Shown here piece after piece: positions 49,266-62,624 of a stretch of 64,000 nt of DNA; position 1 is the stretch's first letter, and every line of letters starts with the position of its first letter. The translations under genes and the position numbers were made by a program. The notes beneath the pieces were generated by a model. It was not told the origin of the DNA and did no database searches. It saw nothing but the letters and a program-made list of their open reading frames with translations. This DNA is from Azolla caroliniana. Taxonomy: Eukaryota > Plantae > Polypodiophyta. The stretch covers positions 19,096,001 through 19,160,000 of the forward strand of contig JBHGNT010000012.1 of the NCBI GenBank assembly GCA_043228905.1, in the 5' to 3' direction.

Positions 49266-50216
49266 ATCTCTGTTCCCCTGCTTTGAACTCCTCCCTGTTT
49301 AGTTCTATCTGTGCCTTCTTTCTCTGTGTTTTCTACTATTTCCCTTTATTTTCCACTGATGTCCACTGTTTTCTCTTGCTTTTCCCTATGTTTCCATCTT
49401 GTTTATCCCTCTACTATTCTCTGATGCGTACAGTTTTCCGCCTCTTCTCCCCCGGCTTGCCACAGATGCCCACTATTTTCCTCTCTTATCCTCGAGCTTT
49501 CCTTTTGTTTTCCCTCTGTTTTTCTTTTTCGCTTACGCTCTGCTTTCCTCTCTGTTCTTCACTTTCCTCCCTCTTTATGTCCTTTCCCTATCTGTGTTTT
49601 CTAAATTTGTGATGGAACCCTAACCCTATCCATGGCGAGCTTCTTCGCTCTACCTCTGTATGAACCATCAATCAATGCAAAGACTGTGAATACCAAAGAA
49701 ACACAACCAAAACAAAGAGAAAAGATCTTACCTACAAGCCATAGTTGGTTGTTGTTTTTTCTCTCTGTCACCGAATTAGGGTTTACTGATTGAGCAGGAG
49801 AAAGACATTGGGTTCTTCCCACCTCTTATTCGAAAGGAGATTAGGGCTTTTCTGGGAGGAAGAACAGCAGAGAAACCCTAATGCAGCCCAAAAAAAAAAA
49901 AGACAGAAACAGAGAGAACAGAGAGTTCTTCTTCACTTTGTCTTCTGTGTGTTTTGTGATGATGATCATGATCATGATCATTGATGATCCTTTAGTTACA
50001 AAGAACTACAAATATGGCCCAAGATTCTTCTCAAGCCTCCACATATTGAGTTGTTTCAGGGACCGATAAGATTGAGTTGTTTCGGAACGTATCAATCTGA
50101 TCATTTGATCGTTTTCAATATTGAGTTGTTTCGGACTGGTGTCGGAACGGGGTAGGACCACCGAGGTCTCGGACTAAGGAGCCGGTAAGAGAAGTAATAA
50201 GAGAGGGTGAGATGAT

Positions 50217-51047
50217 TGTCCAAATCGTTTCCGGATGACTTCGCCTGTGCACTGGCTCAAACCTGTCACCGGGTAATAGCGATGAGCTCACGGGCTCAAA
50301 CGCTCAGGTACGCACGCAGGTGAGAGGGAGCATAGACAAGAATACGAGCGGACACAGAAAGACACGGGAAATCCGGAGAAACAACGAGTTCGTCGATTAA
50401 CTTATAATAAAAGAAATACAACCGGACTCAGCCAGCTACAAAGCTTCGAGCACTCCACACAAACACTAGTAAGCCTCTAATCGGGAGCACACGGGCTTCC
50501 AGCGCGAAACAAATGCCTCACAACACAACCACAAAAAACCAGTGACAATGTCACATTCTAGACTCGAACCTCTAACTTTTAACACACACAATGCATTGTG
50601 TTGTGTTAACCATATGGAAACTCTTATGAACTGTCCACATTTGATTGTGAACTTGTATATATGGTAGAGTTTAGTGTATAGTACGTTCGAGAATATTCTA
50701 GTCGTTAGTATATTCTAGAATTATTTTGTGGTATATTCTAAACGGATATATTCTCGAGATATTTCTCGAGTATATTCTAGAGATATTCAATCTCGAAAAT
50801 TGTATAAATACTTGTAACATCCTTGGTCCCTTTCAAGGGATTTAACGCTAGTCATTGACATATCAATCTAGTATTCTCGTTTTGCCTCATCTTTGTCTCC
50901 TTGATCTTTATTTCTGTCTTCATGCCCTCATGTCATTCACAACATATAGAGTTCCTAGCCTTGTCACATCTAGCTCCAAGTTCATTCGTCGCTCGTAGAC
51001 CCATCATTTGTGCTCCATCCTAGTCCGCGCCTGGTGTGTCCGTGACA
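50217..51047. mobile_element. probable solo LTR nested in the G3 LTR
   Basis: TGTC...GACA ends; GATGA on both sides (50211-50215 and 51048-51052, with a 1-nt offset); TCTAGA/AATATT palindrome-rich core. Left boundary uncertain. Confidence 0.45.
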
Positions 51048-53995
51048 GATGAGAAGTGAGCAAACGACTCTGAAACCCGGCAGCACTTCGTCCCCCTAAA
51101 ACGATGGATCCCCAACAGTTTCAAATCTCCCCTTTTATATAGCACAAGGGGAGGCCGTTACATCACGCATAAAGACTAGCGTTTTCTGTCAACGGTTCTT
51201 CCTCGATTCTCTCTCACATCATATCCTATTATTCCTCTCTTTCTGTGGGGCATTAAAGTACCCATTAACTACTCTACTAGTACTTGTAAATACTATATCT
51301 ATATTTACATGTCTTTGTACATCGGTCCTTGCTCATGTGCATACTTGCACACCCCTGTTCACGTGTGTCCAGCTAGTTCCCTCCTTGTGTCCGGAATCCC
51401 CCACCAAACCGCAGATCCTCCGGTATGTGCCGAGTAGTGAAGTAGTAGGGATTCCGGTTAGCCTTTCACTCATCCTCTCCCGATCCATCGCCGCCCCGTC
51501 GTCGCTCGGGTTCTCATCCCATTCCTCATTCCTATTGGCATGGTCTTCCTCCACATCCGGATCCGGTTCCGATTTATACCGCTTCTTGAAGGCTTTTATT
51601 CGTTTTCCTACAACTAGTACCACTATATTTGTTCCTTCAAGCTCCACCAGGTGGTCTGTTGCGTTGTTGTTGGCGTGTGTTACCACTTACGGCCCAAACC
51701 AATGCCTTGCAATTTTGGGTCGACCGGTGCTGGTTGTCGAGGTTGTTGTCATAGACCAACACCAAGTCTCCTTCCTCGATCTTTCTCGGTCGTAGTTGGT
51801 ACGTATGGTCGAACCATCCCTTGTTCTTCATCCGCGCCTCTTTCACCCTCGCCTTCGCTCAAGCTATCAGATTTGTGCTACTAGCAGCTCCTCCCAACTC
51901 ATTTTGTCCAACCAGTCGATTGCCATCCATGACAATATCATTCTCTCCACTAGCATAATCACATTTTATTCGAACATGAGTTCGACTGGCATGTATTTGG
52001 TTACCGAACTATGCATAATTCGGTCTACCCACAAAGCATAAGGTAGGAGCCTTGGCCAGTTTCTGACCCGTCGTCGCATGCTCTCACGATCGCCTTCAAT
52101 ATCAGCTCGTGTTCGCGTTCTACCTTCCCGTTAGCCTTCGGATTGTATGCCGTCGTGAGGGAGAGCTTGACCCCAATTCGGTCAAACAACTCCTTGGCTT
52201 CTTGCGCGTCTAGCTCCCCTCGGCCGGCCATGATCTTCCCGACACACCCATGTTGGCAGATTATATCCTCGATTAAGAACTGACACACATCCGCGGTCGT
52301 CTTATTTGGCAAGGCTCGACCTTCCACTTGGTTCGTTGGGTCCTCCCTTACTAGCATCAGGTACCACATCTGCCCCAACCCCATCGGCATTGTCACTAAA
52401 TCGACCATCCATTTGAAGTGAATGGTCGGCGTGTAAGTCGGCTACAACTCGTTGCAGTGTCGGATCGCCAAATGCATTTGGCAGCTCTCGCATGTCAATA
52501 TGAAGTGGTGCACGTCCTTGTACATCCCCGGCCACCAGTACCTCTCTTTCAGCTTCTTGAACGTGGCCCGTGTCCCCCAATGTCCGGACCAAGAACTTTC
52601 TTGAAACTCCGACATCAACACCGACTGTTCCTCCTTCGTCATCACCCGAAGTGGTGTGTCACTTCGCTTCTTTGGATGTTGCCATATCTTATCATCCTCA
52701 AGAACCGTCCAATCTGAAGCCACTCCCCGTCGTAGTCGTTCTCGTTGAACTCGTGTAGGGTCAAAGTGCTTCACTCGTTTGCCGACAATTGAGCCGACTC
52801 AAAGAAGTCCATGCCAACTTGTACACCTTCTTCCGGATCCAACTCACTTCCTCCTTGGTCTCTAATGCGTTCGTTGCCATCGAGCTCAAGAACCGTCCAA
52901 TCTGAAGCCACTCCCCGTCGTAGTCGTTCTCGTTGAACTCGTGTAGGGTCGAAGTGCTTCACTCGTTTGCCGACAATTGAGCCGACTCGAAGAAGTCCAT
53001 GCCAACTTTGTCTTCCGATACCATGTCGTCCTCGTCGTTGTACCTTGCTCTCGGTAGCATGTTGGCCATGGTGTTGTCCTTTCTGGAAAGGTGCCATATC
53101 TCAAGATTGAGGGACTTAAATGTACGCGATCCACCTGAGCATTGCCAGGTCCAAAGTTTTGCATCAGGACACAATCCCCAGAATTGGGAGGTAGTCCGTG
53201 TCGACTATAACCTCTACCCCAATAAAATAATCATTGTCGGCCTTTACTACCGAAACAATACCCCAAAGCTCTCTCTTAACCTGGGCGTATCCCTCATTGC
53301 CGCTCACTTAGAACCTTTGCGCCGAATCAGATGGTGAGCCACATTCTGATTTTATCTCCTTGGCTAATAACTCATCCGACTCCGGTCGGACTTGTGTCGA
53401 CCATGACGAAAATAGGAGAGTCCTTCCTATACACTGCTATCATGAGAACCCGTGCCACCATCAACATTCCCTTCATCTTCGAACCGCCTCCAAGTGCTCT
53501 TCTCTCCACTCGAACTTCCACCCCTTCTTCAACAAGCCGTAGATTGGCTCTACAATGTGTGCATAGTCCAGAATCTAGATGTGGTAGAAGGCATATGCCC
53601 CTAAGAATCGTCGAACCTCGATGGTCAACCTACATTCTTCCTTCATGGCCGAAATGGCCTCTACCTTTGTCGGAGACAATTTCTGACCATACGGTCCGCA
53701 TAGGTGTCCGACCACCACGATCTCTGACTACTTGAAAGCTGACTTCTCTACGGAGAAGGTTAGTCACGCCCCTTCTAGCCGGTCCAATATCTTTTCACAA
53801 TCGGCGATGTGGTCGACAATGAACTTTCGACACCCGTCCTTCCCGACCGACTCGTCCTTCGTGTCCTCTGGACACCCCTTTATTGGGATGTCGTCCAATA
53901 ATGGCATGATGATGTCCAGGATGCAGTCCCTCAACACCTTGTTCATCACATTCACCATATGTGCCACTGAATTTGTCCCTCCCTGCGGTAGGGTA

Positions 53996-56900
53996 TGTTA
54001 GGAAGCAGGTCCCTCCGGATGGGAAGTGAGAAGAACAGTATTGATGAGCAAACTCGGCCGAGGCCGAAACCGGATGTGGAAGACCCGGAAACGGAAGACC
54101 CGGTGAGAACCGGATGACGAGTACCCGGCAAGAGCCGGACGGTGAAGACCCGGTGAGAACTAGATGAAGAGTACCCAAAAACGGAAGACCAGGTGAGAAC
54201 CGGACGACGTGTGCCCAACAAGTGCCGGATGATGCAGGCCCGGTGAGGAGCGCTCACCGGATGAAGGGACATATTAGTAAATATGTTTCGGAGAGTCCAT
54301 CGGGGCTATATTTGTAAATAGCCTAAAAGTCATATTAGTATAAATATGACTTAGCGCAAACTCTTTGAGATGTTGTTGTCATTCTTGTTGGTGCAAGACT
54401 AGAGAGCGCGTAACAGTGTACAGAGAGAGAGAGAGAGAGAGAGAGAGGAAGAGGTTGTTGCCTCTGTTGTAACCGACGCCTGTGGTGAAGATAGAAAGCT
54501 CGAGGTTGTTGCCTCGGTGCTTTACTATTGTACATTGTAACATAGTGATAGTTTGCAGCCAGTGGGCTGCTGTGGTTTTTCCCTAGTTTGGGTTTTCCAC
54601 GTAAACATCCTGTGTACTCTTCTCTCCTTTTGTGTTGTGCATCCATTCCCCGGTTTTTTTTCTTTGTATGTTTCTAAGCTCGGTTGTGGCCGAGCGTTGC
54701 GCATAAGGAGCGTGCAGTTCCTGTCAAAGTGGTATCAAAGCGAAACGACACAGAAAATGGACGATTCGTTGGGAGGCATGTTCAAGCTCACTGGCTCCAA
54801 CTATTCGGTGTGGAAGTCGAAGATGAGGGACATGCTCGTGGTTAAAGATCTTTGGTTGCCGGTTCAGTTCGGGGACAAGAGACCGGACAAAATCGACGCC
54901 ACGATATGGGAGGTGATGCACATGAAGACAACGATGTACATCTGGTGCTTCATCGACATGAGCCTATACAACAACTTCAATGAAGAGAGCAAGGCTCATG
55001 AGCTCTGGGAGAAGATCGGCATTATGTTTCAAAACAAAAATGTTGTTAATCAGGTTTCGGTATTTCGGAAGCTAGTAAGACTCTGGTACCAAGATGGCTC
55101 CAGCATGGCGGAGCACATGTATGCCTTCCAGGGGCTGATCCACCAGGCAACATCATTGGAAGTACCTCTTGCCGATGAGGTACTAACACTACTCCTGCTC
55201 GGTTCCCTCCCCGATAGTTGGGAGACGTTGGTTGTCACCTTGGGCAACGCCGAGCCGGAAGGGAAACAGTTATCCCTAGCAAGAGTGAAGTCGAGCTTGC
55301 TAGATGAGGAGGCGCGTCAGAAAGATAAGGATATGAGCTCCGACTCCAAAGCGCTCCTTACCGAATCGGAACGTGGAAGACAAAGAAACCGTAGTCCCCA
55401 GAACCGGGAAAAGTCGGGGACATGGTCAAAGTCAAAGGGGAGGCCTACTTGCTTCTATTGCGGCAAGCCGGGACACTTCCAGAAGAATTGTCGGCACTTC
55501 CGAAAGGACAAGGAAACCAACGGTACCGATTCGAAGCGGACACCGGACCAGAACAGTAAAGACCGGAGGGGGCCAGACCGGAAGGGAACAACGGCAATTG
55601 CGGCAAGTGAAGAAAAGTTGATGCTCATCACTGAGGAGAGTGAGCTAAACCTTGTTGGCGACGAGATGACCTGGGTGGTCAACTCCGGAGCGTCGTTCCA
55701 CCTTACCCCGGACCGGAAATGCTTCTCATCCTACTCAGCTGGTGATCACGGCTGTGTCCGGATGGGGAATGAAGGTACATGCCGAATTGTCGGCATAGGA
55801 GACGTGTGGCTGACAACACCAACCAGATGCAAGATGTTGCTGAAGGATGTCCGACACGTTCTGGAGGTTCGACTAACCTGATATCAGCCAGTCGGCTGGA
55901 TGATGAAGGCTACACGGGTAGCATCCGGAACGGTGTTATGAAGTTCAGCAAAGGGAGCCTGATTGTGGCTTGGGCCCGGAAGGTAAACACATTGTACCTG
56001 ATGAATGCCTAGTTATGTCTGGAGGAAGTGAACGTGGCATCCGACACTACCGGTGAGTTGTGGCACAAAAGGCTGTGTCACATGAGCGAGAAGGGGATGA
56101 AGAGGCTTGCAGACGACAACCTCATTCCAGTGAAGAACGTGCAATTGGAGAAGTGCACTGATTGTCTAGCTGGTAAGCAAAACCGGACCTCCTTCCGACC
56201 AAGGCCACCGATGAGACGTAATGCACCACTGGAGTTGGTGCATACAGATGTGTGTCAAGTGGACGCGAAGTCACATGCAGGATCGCAGTACTTCGTGACG
56301 TTCATAGATGACCACAACCGGAAGCTGTGGGCCACACCATTGAAGATGAAGGGTCGGGTGCTATCCGTCTTCAAAGAGCTCCACGCGAGAGTGGAAAGAG
56401 AAACCGGTCGGAAGCTGAAGGCGGTTCGAGTAGATAACGGAGGTGAATACCGGGGGCAGTTCGAGGAGTATTGTCGCTTGAAGGGAATCTGGCTCGAATT
56501 TACCGTGCCGAAGACGCCAGAACTAAATGGGCTGGCCGAGACGATGAACCAGACCATAATGGAGAGGGTCCGAAGTATGCTGGCGCATGCAAAACTACCC
56601 AAGAAGTTTTGGGCTGAGGCACTGTCGACGGCGACATATGTGATAAACAGATCACCCTCAGTACCCTTGGACGGAGACACACCACAGAGAGTCTGGACCG
56701 GTAAGGAAGTGTCCTACCGGCATCTGAAGGTATTCGGGTGTCTCGCGTACGTGCATGTAGCTAAGGACCGGAGAGGAAAGTTAGATCCAAAGACCCGGCC
56801 ATGCATATTCCTCGGTTACGGCGATGATGAGTTCGGCTACCGAGTGTGGAACCCGGTCGACAAGAAGGTATTCCGGAGTCGAGATATTATCTTCATGGAG

Positions 56901-59557
56901 GACAAGACGCTCGCCGACTGGGAGTCGGAGAAGAAGATAATGAACTCCGAGTCAACCGGTAAGGATCGATTCTACGATGAGCAGACCCAACCGGCAGGAG
57001 ACCGGTTAGCACTCGAGGAACCAGCCGGTTATGGTGAGGATACCGAATCGGCAGAAGAAGAAGTAGAGGAAGCTGAAACCGGAACCAGCCAAGACCCCAT
57101 ATTGGATTCGAATGAAGAGCAAATGGAGGAGCCGGTTACCGAAGCCCAAAGACGCAGATATCCTCTCAGAGAGAGAAGGCTCCCCCGGAGATTTCCGGAT
57201 GCAGAGCATGTGCTGCTAACCGATGGGGGGGAGCCAGAAAGCTTCGAAGAAGCGAAAGATGACACCCATAGCCGCAAATGGTTAAGTGCCATACAGGATG
57301 AGATGGATTCCCCTGCATGAGAACCATACGTACGAATTGGTGGAGTTGCTGAAAGGAAAGCGGGCACTCCGAAATAAGTGGGTGTACAAGTTGAAAGCAG
57401 GAGATGCTGGCAACCCCCCGAGATACAAAGCCAGGATTGTTGTGAAGGGGTTCCAGCAGAAGAAGGGCGTGGACTTCGACGAGATATTTGCCCCGGTAGT
57501 AAAGATGACCTCCATCCGGACGGTGCTGAGTATAGCGGCAACATGGACCTCGAGGTAGAGCAGCTAGACATGAAGACGACATTCCTTCACGGTGATCTCG
57601 AAGAGGAGATCTACATGCAGCAACTGGAAGGATTCGTGGAGAAAGGGAAGGAGCGCCTGGTTTGCCGGTTGAAGAAGAGCCTGTACAGACTGAAGCAGGC
57701 TCCCCGACAATGGTACCAGAAGTTCGACTCCTTCATGACCGATCAAGGGTACCACAAGACACAAGCTGATCACTGTGTGTTTGTGAAGAAGTTCGAAGGA
57801 GGCGACTTCCTGATACTCCTTCTGTACGTGGACGACATGTTGATCGTCGAATGGGACCAAGCCAAAATATGAATGTTGAAGAAGGCTCTTAACCGGACCT
57901 TCTCAATGAAAGACTTGGGTCCGGCAAGACAGATGTTGGGGATGCATATCATCCGGAACCGGCCAACGAAGCATTTGTAGCTGTCACAAGAGAAATACGT
58001 GACAAAGGTGCTTCAACGGTTCAACATGTTAGAAGCAAAACCGGTCGGATCGACACTTCAGGCAAACTGCAGGTTATCCGGTAAGCAAAGCCCGAAGACG
58101 AAAGCAGAGAAGGCTGATATGATGAAGGTTCCATATGCCTCTGCCGTCGAGAGCTTGATGTACGCAATGGTGTGTAACCGACCGGATATAGGATACGTAG
58201 TCGGAGTGGTGAGCCGGTTTATGAGCAATCCCGGCAAGGAGCACTGGAACGCGGTCAAATGGATACTCCGGTACTTGAAGGGCACTTCGAACATGTGTCT
58301 CCGATTCGGCTCTGGTAAACCTCAACTTGACGGTTTTACCGATTCGGACATGTCGGTTGATGTGGATACCAGCCGGTCTACATCCGGGTATGTAATGACA
58401 TATGCGGGGGGAGCTGTTTCGTCGCAGTCGAGGCTGCAGAAGACGGTTGCGTTGTCAACCATGGAGGCGGAGTACATGGCGGCCGTGGAAGCTGGCAAGG
58501 AAATATTATGGATGAAGGACTTCATCGGTGAGCTCGGTATCCGGCAAGATGAATACCAGCTCTATTGCGACAGTCAAAGTGCCATCCACCTTGCTAAGAA
58601 TGCGGGCTACCATTCCCGGACGAAGCATATCCAGCGAAGGTATCATTGGATCCGGGAAAGAGTAGATGACCAGGAGTTCGCGCTGACGAAGATCCACACG
58701 GCCGAGAACGGGTCAGATATGCTGACCAAAGTACTGATACCCGACAAGCTGGATGCCTGCCGGAAGCGGATCGGACTAGTAAGACATCCCATGCCAGAGT
58801 GAAGGGGGAGTTTGTTAGGAAACAGGTCCCTCCGGATGGGAAGTGAGAAGAACAGTATTGATGAGCAAACTCGGCCGAGGCCGAAACCGGATGTGGAAGA
58901 CCCGGAAACGGAAGACCCGGTGAGAACCGGATGAGGAGTATCCGGCTACGGAGAACTGGATGACGAGTACCCGACAAGAGCCGGACGGTGAAGACCCGAT
59001 GAGAACCGAATGAAGAGTACCCAGAAACGGAAGACCCGGTGAGAACCGGACGACGTGTGCCCAACAAGCGCCGGATGATGCAGGCCGGATGAGGAGCGCT
59101 CACCGGATGAAGGGACATATTAGTAAATATGTTCCGGAGAGTCCATCGGGGCTATATTTGTAAATAGCCTAAAAGTCATATTAGTATAAATATGACTTAG
59201 GGCAAACTCTTTGGGATGTTGTTGTCATTCTTGTTGGTGCAAGACTAGAGAGCGCGTAACAGTGTACAGAGAGAGAGAGAGAGAGAGGAAGAGGTCGCTG
59301 CCTCTGTTTTAACCGCCGCCTGTGGTGAAGATAGAAAGCTCGAGGTTGTTGCCTCGATGCTTTATTGTTGTACATTGTAACATAGTGATAGTTTGCAGCC
59401 AGTGGGCTGCCGTGGTTTTTCCCTAGTTTGGGTTTTCCATGTAAACATCCTGTGTACTCTTCTCTCCTTTTGTGTTGTGCGTCCATTCCTCGGTTTTTTT
59501 TCTGTGTATGTTTCTAAGCTCAGTTGTGGCCGAGCGTTGCGCGTGCAGTTCTTGTCA
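53996..59557 (+). mobile_element. full-length Ty1/copia element C2, degenerate
   Basis: LTRs 53996-54726 and 58813-59557; TSD GGGTA; PBS TGGTATCAAAGC 54730-54741; PPT GAAGGGGGAG 58801-58810. Confidence 0.97.
54757..58802 (+). pseudogene. gag-pol: copia gag-PR-INT-RT-RH polyprotein with frameshifts and stops
   Basis: CFYCGKPGHFQKNC, WHKRLCHMS, DNGGEY, YKARIVVKGFQQ, LLYVDDML, FTDSD, HSRTKHI in consecutive ORF pieces. Confidence 0.95.
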
Positions 59558-60393
59558 GGGTACACATCCAAACTAAGTTGAGAGGGGTACACGCCATCGT
59601 GATGTCCCTGCTTTCGATGACTAGTTGGAATTGGTCGTACCCTGAGTATAAGTCGCCAACTGAGTAGATAGACTTCTAGTGAAAGCCTCCGTGAAGTCAT
59701 TGATTGTCGGCCCGACTCTTGCATTTCGAATGGTCACTGTGTTGACCAGTTGCAAATCTTGTATAAAAGCGTAATGTGCAATTCTTCTTCGGCACTGTGA
59801 ACCACCTATTCGAGTATGGGCACTCGACGGTTCGAGAATCCCCATGTCCATCTTTTCCTTGAGGAGCTCCATCAGCTTCAGGATGTGAGTCCTTGGCTCG
59901 AGAATCGGTTTGAGGCTCCACGGTACATGCACTACCGTGAAGATCACCATTGGTTCTCATATCATCGAGTCGATGCACCTAATTTCCCCCGACGAGAATG
60001 CAAAGGCTTTCCCGTGCCTTTCAAGCATCCTTCGAAACCGGTCCTCCTACGCGAGCAGTAGGAAGCCACCCCCACCGATTTTCAGCTTCCGTAGCATTTC
60101 ATCGGTGAACATGTGCCCTATGCAGCCCGGATCTCGCAACCTCGAGTCAGTCATGACCTCTTTCATCCTCTCCCAGCTATCCTCCGGTAAGGGTGCCACA
60201 ATTGGCCTTACCTTCCGGTCCACAATCTTGTACTTTGTGTCGACTCGGGTAGTCTGACCGGACTAACCGTCCGTTTGAACTCTCCTATGACTTCATATAT
60301 CTCAATGGAATTAACCAGTATTATCTTGTTAATAATTAGATGATTAACTAAGGGTTAATTAGTATCTAATTATGAGTTAATCACGTGTGTGAT

Positions 60394-61141
60394 TGACGGG
60401 AATTAAAAAACGCTCCTTATGTGCAACGCTCGGCCACAACCGAGCTTGGAATCATACACAGAAAACGGGAAATAAAAAAAAACGACACAAAGAAGAGAAG
60501 GGTACACAGGATGTTTACGTGGAAAACCCAAACTAAGGGAAAAACCACGGCAGCCCACTGGCTGCAAACTATCACTATGTTACAATGTACAACAGTGAGT
60601 TCACGGAGGCAACGACCTCGTACTCACGATCCTCGCCATAGGCGGCGGTTACAATAAGAGGCAACGACCTCTTCCTCTCTCTCTCACTCTTTGTACACTG
60701 TTACGCACTCTGATCTCGCGTAGACAAGAATAACCACAACTAAAAGTTTGCCCTAAGTCATATTTATACTAATATGACTTTTCGGCTATTTACAAATATA
60801 GCCCTGATGGACTCTCAGAGACATATTTACGAATATGTCTCTTCATCCGGTTCTTCACTGGGTCTGTACCATCCGGCTCTCCGTAGCCGGGTACTCCTCA
60901 TTCGGTCTTCACCGGGTCTGTACCATCCGGCTCTCCGTAGCCGGGTACTCCTCATCCGGTCTTCACCGGGTCTGTACCATCCTGCTCTCTGTAGCCGGGT
61001 ACTCCTCATCCGGTCTTCACCGGGTCTGTACCATCCTGCTCTCCGTAGCCGGGTACTCGTCATCCGGTTTCGGCCTCGGCCGAGTTTGTTCATCGACACT
61101 GTTCTTCTCCCTTCCCATCCGGAGGGAACTGTCTCCCAACA
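60394..61141 (-). mobile_element. solo LTR of the C2 family
   Basis: TSD GTGAT (60389-60393 and 61142-61146); homologous to C2 LTRs; four ~48-bp repeats. Confidence 0.95.
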
Positions 61142-61784
61142 GTGATTAAGTTGCGGAAGATTAAATGATATATGTGCGTGAGAAAGAAGAAGAGGAAGTC
61201 ACACTTGATTGGAAGATGATTAACGAGTGTAGCACAAAAAGCTCTTACTTATATTAAAAAGACATTATCCAATTACAAAAATACCCAAAATGAGGTATAT
61301 ATACATCTCATGTGCAAAGGTGCACATGTGTGAGGAGAATAAAAGCACAAGGGTGTAAGTCCTACATTGAATGAGCTCGATAGTAGGGAATCTAAAGATC
61401 TCCTACTTAAATACTAGGAACAAAATCCTTTATAGTCAACATTCAAAATAGATTCTATTTATGTAACTACTAAGTTACATGGTTGACCAAACTTAGTTGA
61501 GCTTGATATCTCAACATGCCCCCTCAAGCTCAAGTATGAGGCATCTGACGTCTGATTTTGCTTTCGATTTTGTCTAGCTTCCGATATCAGCTTTTGCAGT
61601 TTCGACTTATGTGAAGTCGACAATTTTCGGTTTTCAACAGTTTTCAGTTCCTCCCCCCCAAGCCGGCGATGAAAGCTTGGTGTCTTAATTGGCCGAAGGC
61701 TGAGTGATATCGAGAACTGGTGGAGCTTGTTTGCTCCTAAGGCCTTGGTAAAGATATCAGGCGTCTGTTGATCAAAATCGACGT

Positions 61785-62624
61785 TGTCGTGAGGAATTCC
61801 GGCTACTAGGAGAAAAGGGGTCTGAGAGCGCGTGAACGGCATGTGCATTGATGCACTCGAAATGTCTTTTGTACAATCATGTGTAAATAAGTCAGTGTTA
61901 GTTTAAGTATTGAGGAATACTAGGTAGGAATGATTCGATAGGCACTTTAAGGCCACACGCATAGAGAATAATAATGATATCTGATGGAGGGAATCGAGGG
62001 GAAATCTCTGTCCAAAAGTGGTTGTCTTTATGGATGATGTAACGACCTTCCCTTGTGCTATAAAAGGGGAAGATGAAGATTGATTTAGGGATTGACGGTT
62101 TAGGAGGACGAAGTGTTGTCGGTTTGAGTGTCGAGCTCTCTCTCTTCTCTCTCTCCGTCTTGTGCTCTGTACTGACTCTAGGAAGAAGGTGAAGCCTTTG
62201 CTCGCACAGGAAGCCCGTGACCTCTTGACCAAAGGTTCACCGTCTTGAGTTTCTGTGTGTTTGCGTGTTTTGAGAGCGCGTAGCTTTGATACTAGCTAGG
62301 TCCGATTGTATTCCACTTTGTGTAATCTATTTTGTTTCATTGTATTCGATTTGTCTCTTTGTGTTGCGTACACGTTCCATTCTGTCTTCGTCTATTGTTC
62401 GCGTTTACACGAATCACGAACCCACAAGTTTGTTGCTCGTTATCCATCGACCGGTCTAGAGCAAAACACATATCTGATCCTACACTCACATTTTCCGGCA
62501 TCTGGAAACCGATTCGGATCGGGTACATGACCGTTAACCCGGTCTGTCGAGTATATCTGAAGGACCTTCCTACTCCCACCGGCTTCTTGATCTGAGACCC
62601 CCGTTGTCCTATCCCGTTTCGACA
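61785..62624 (+). mobile_element. solo LTR related to G3 and gag-only family LTRs, inside C3 RNase H
   Basis: TGTCG...CGACA; its 3' end resembles the reverse complement of 50140-50180; TATAAAAGG near 62059; left flank ACGT; no matching right TSD. Confidence 0.6.

Larger units (their letters stand above)
50140..60326 (-). mobile_element. divergent Ty3/gypsy element G3, 3' portion, degenerate
   Basis: 3' LTR about 50140-51394, PPT-like GGTGGGGGATT; INT 51333-52774; RH about 53100-53450; RT 53764-53995 and 59558-60250 (TLPQGGTNSVAHM...LDDIPIKG); cut at 60326 by a copia LTR. Confidence 0.8.
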
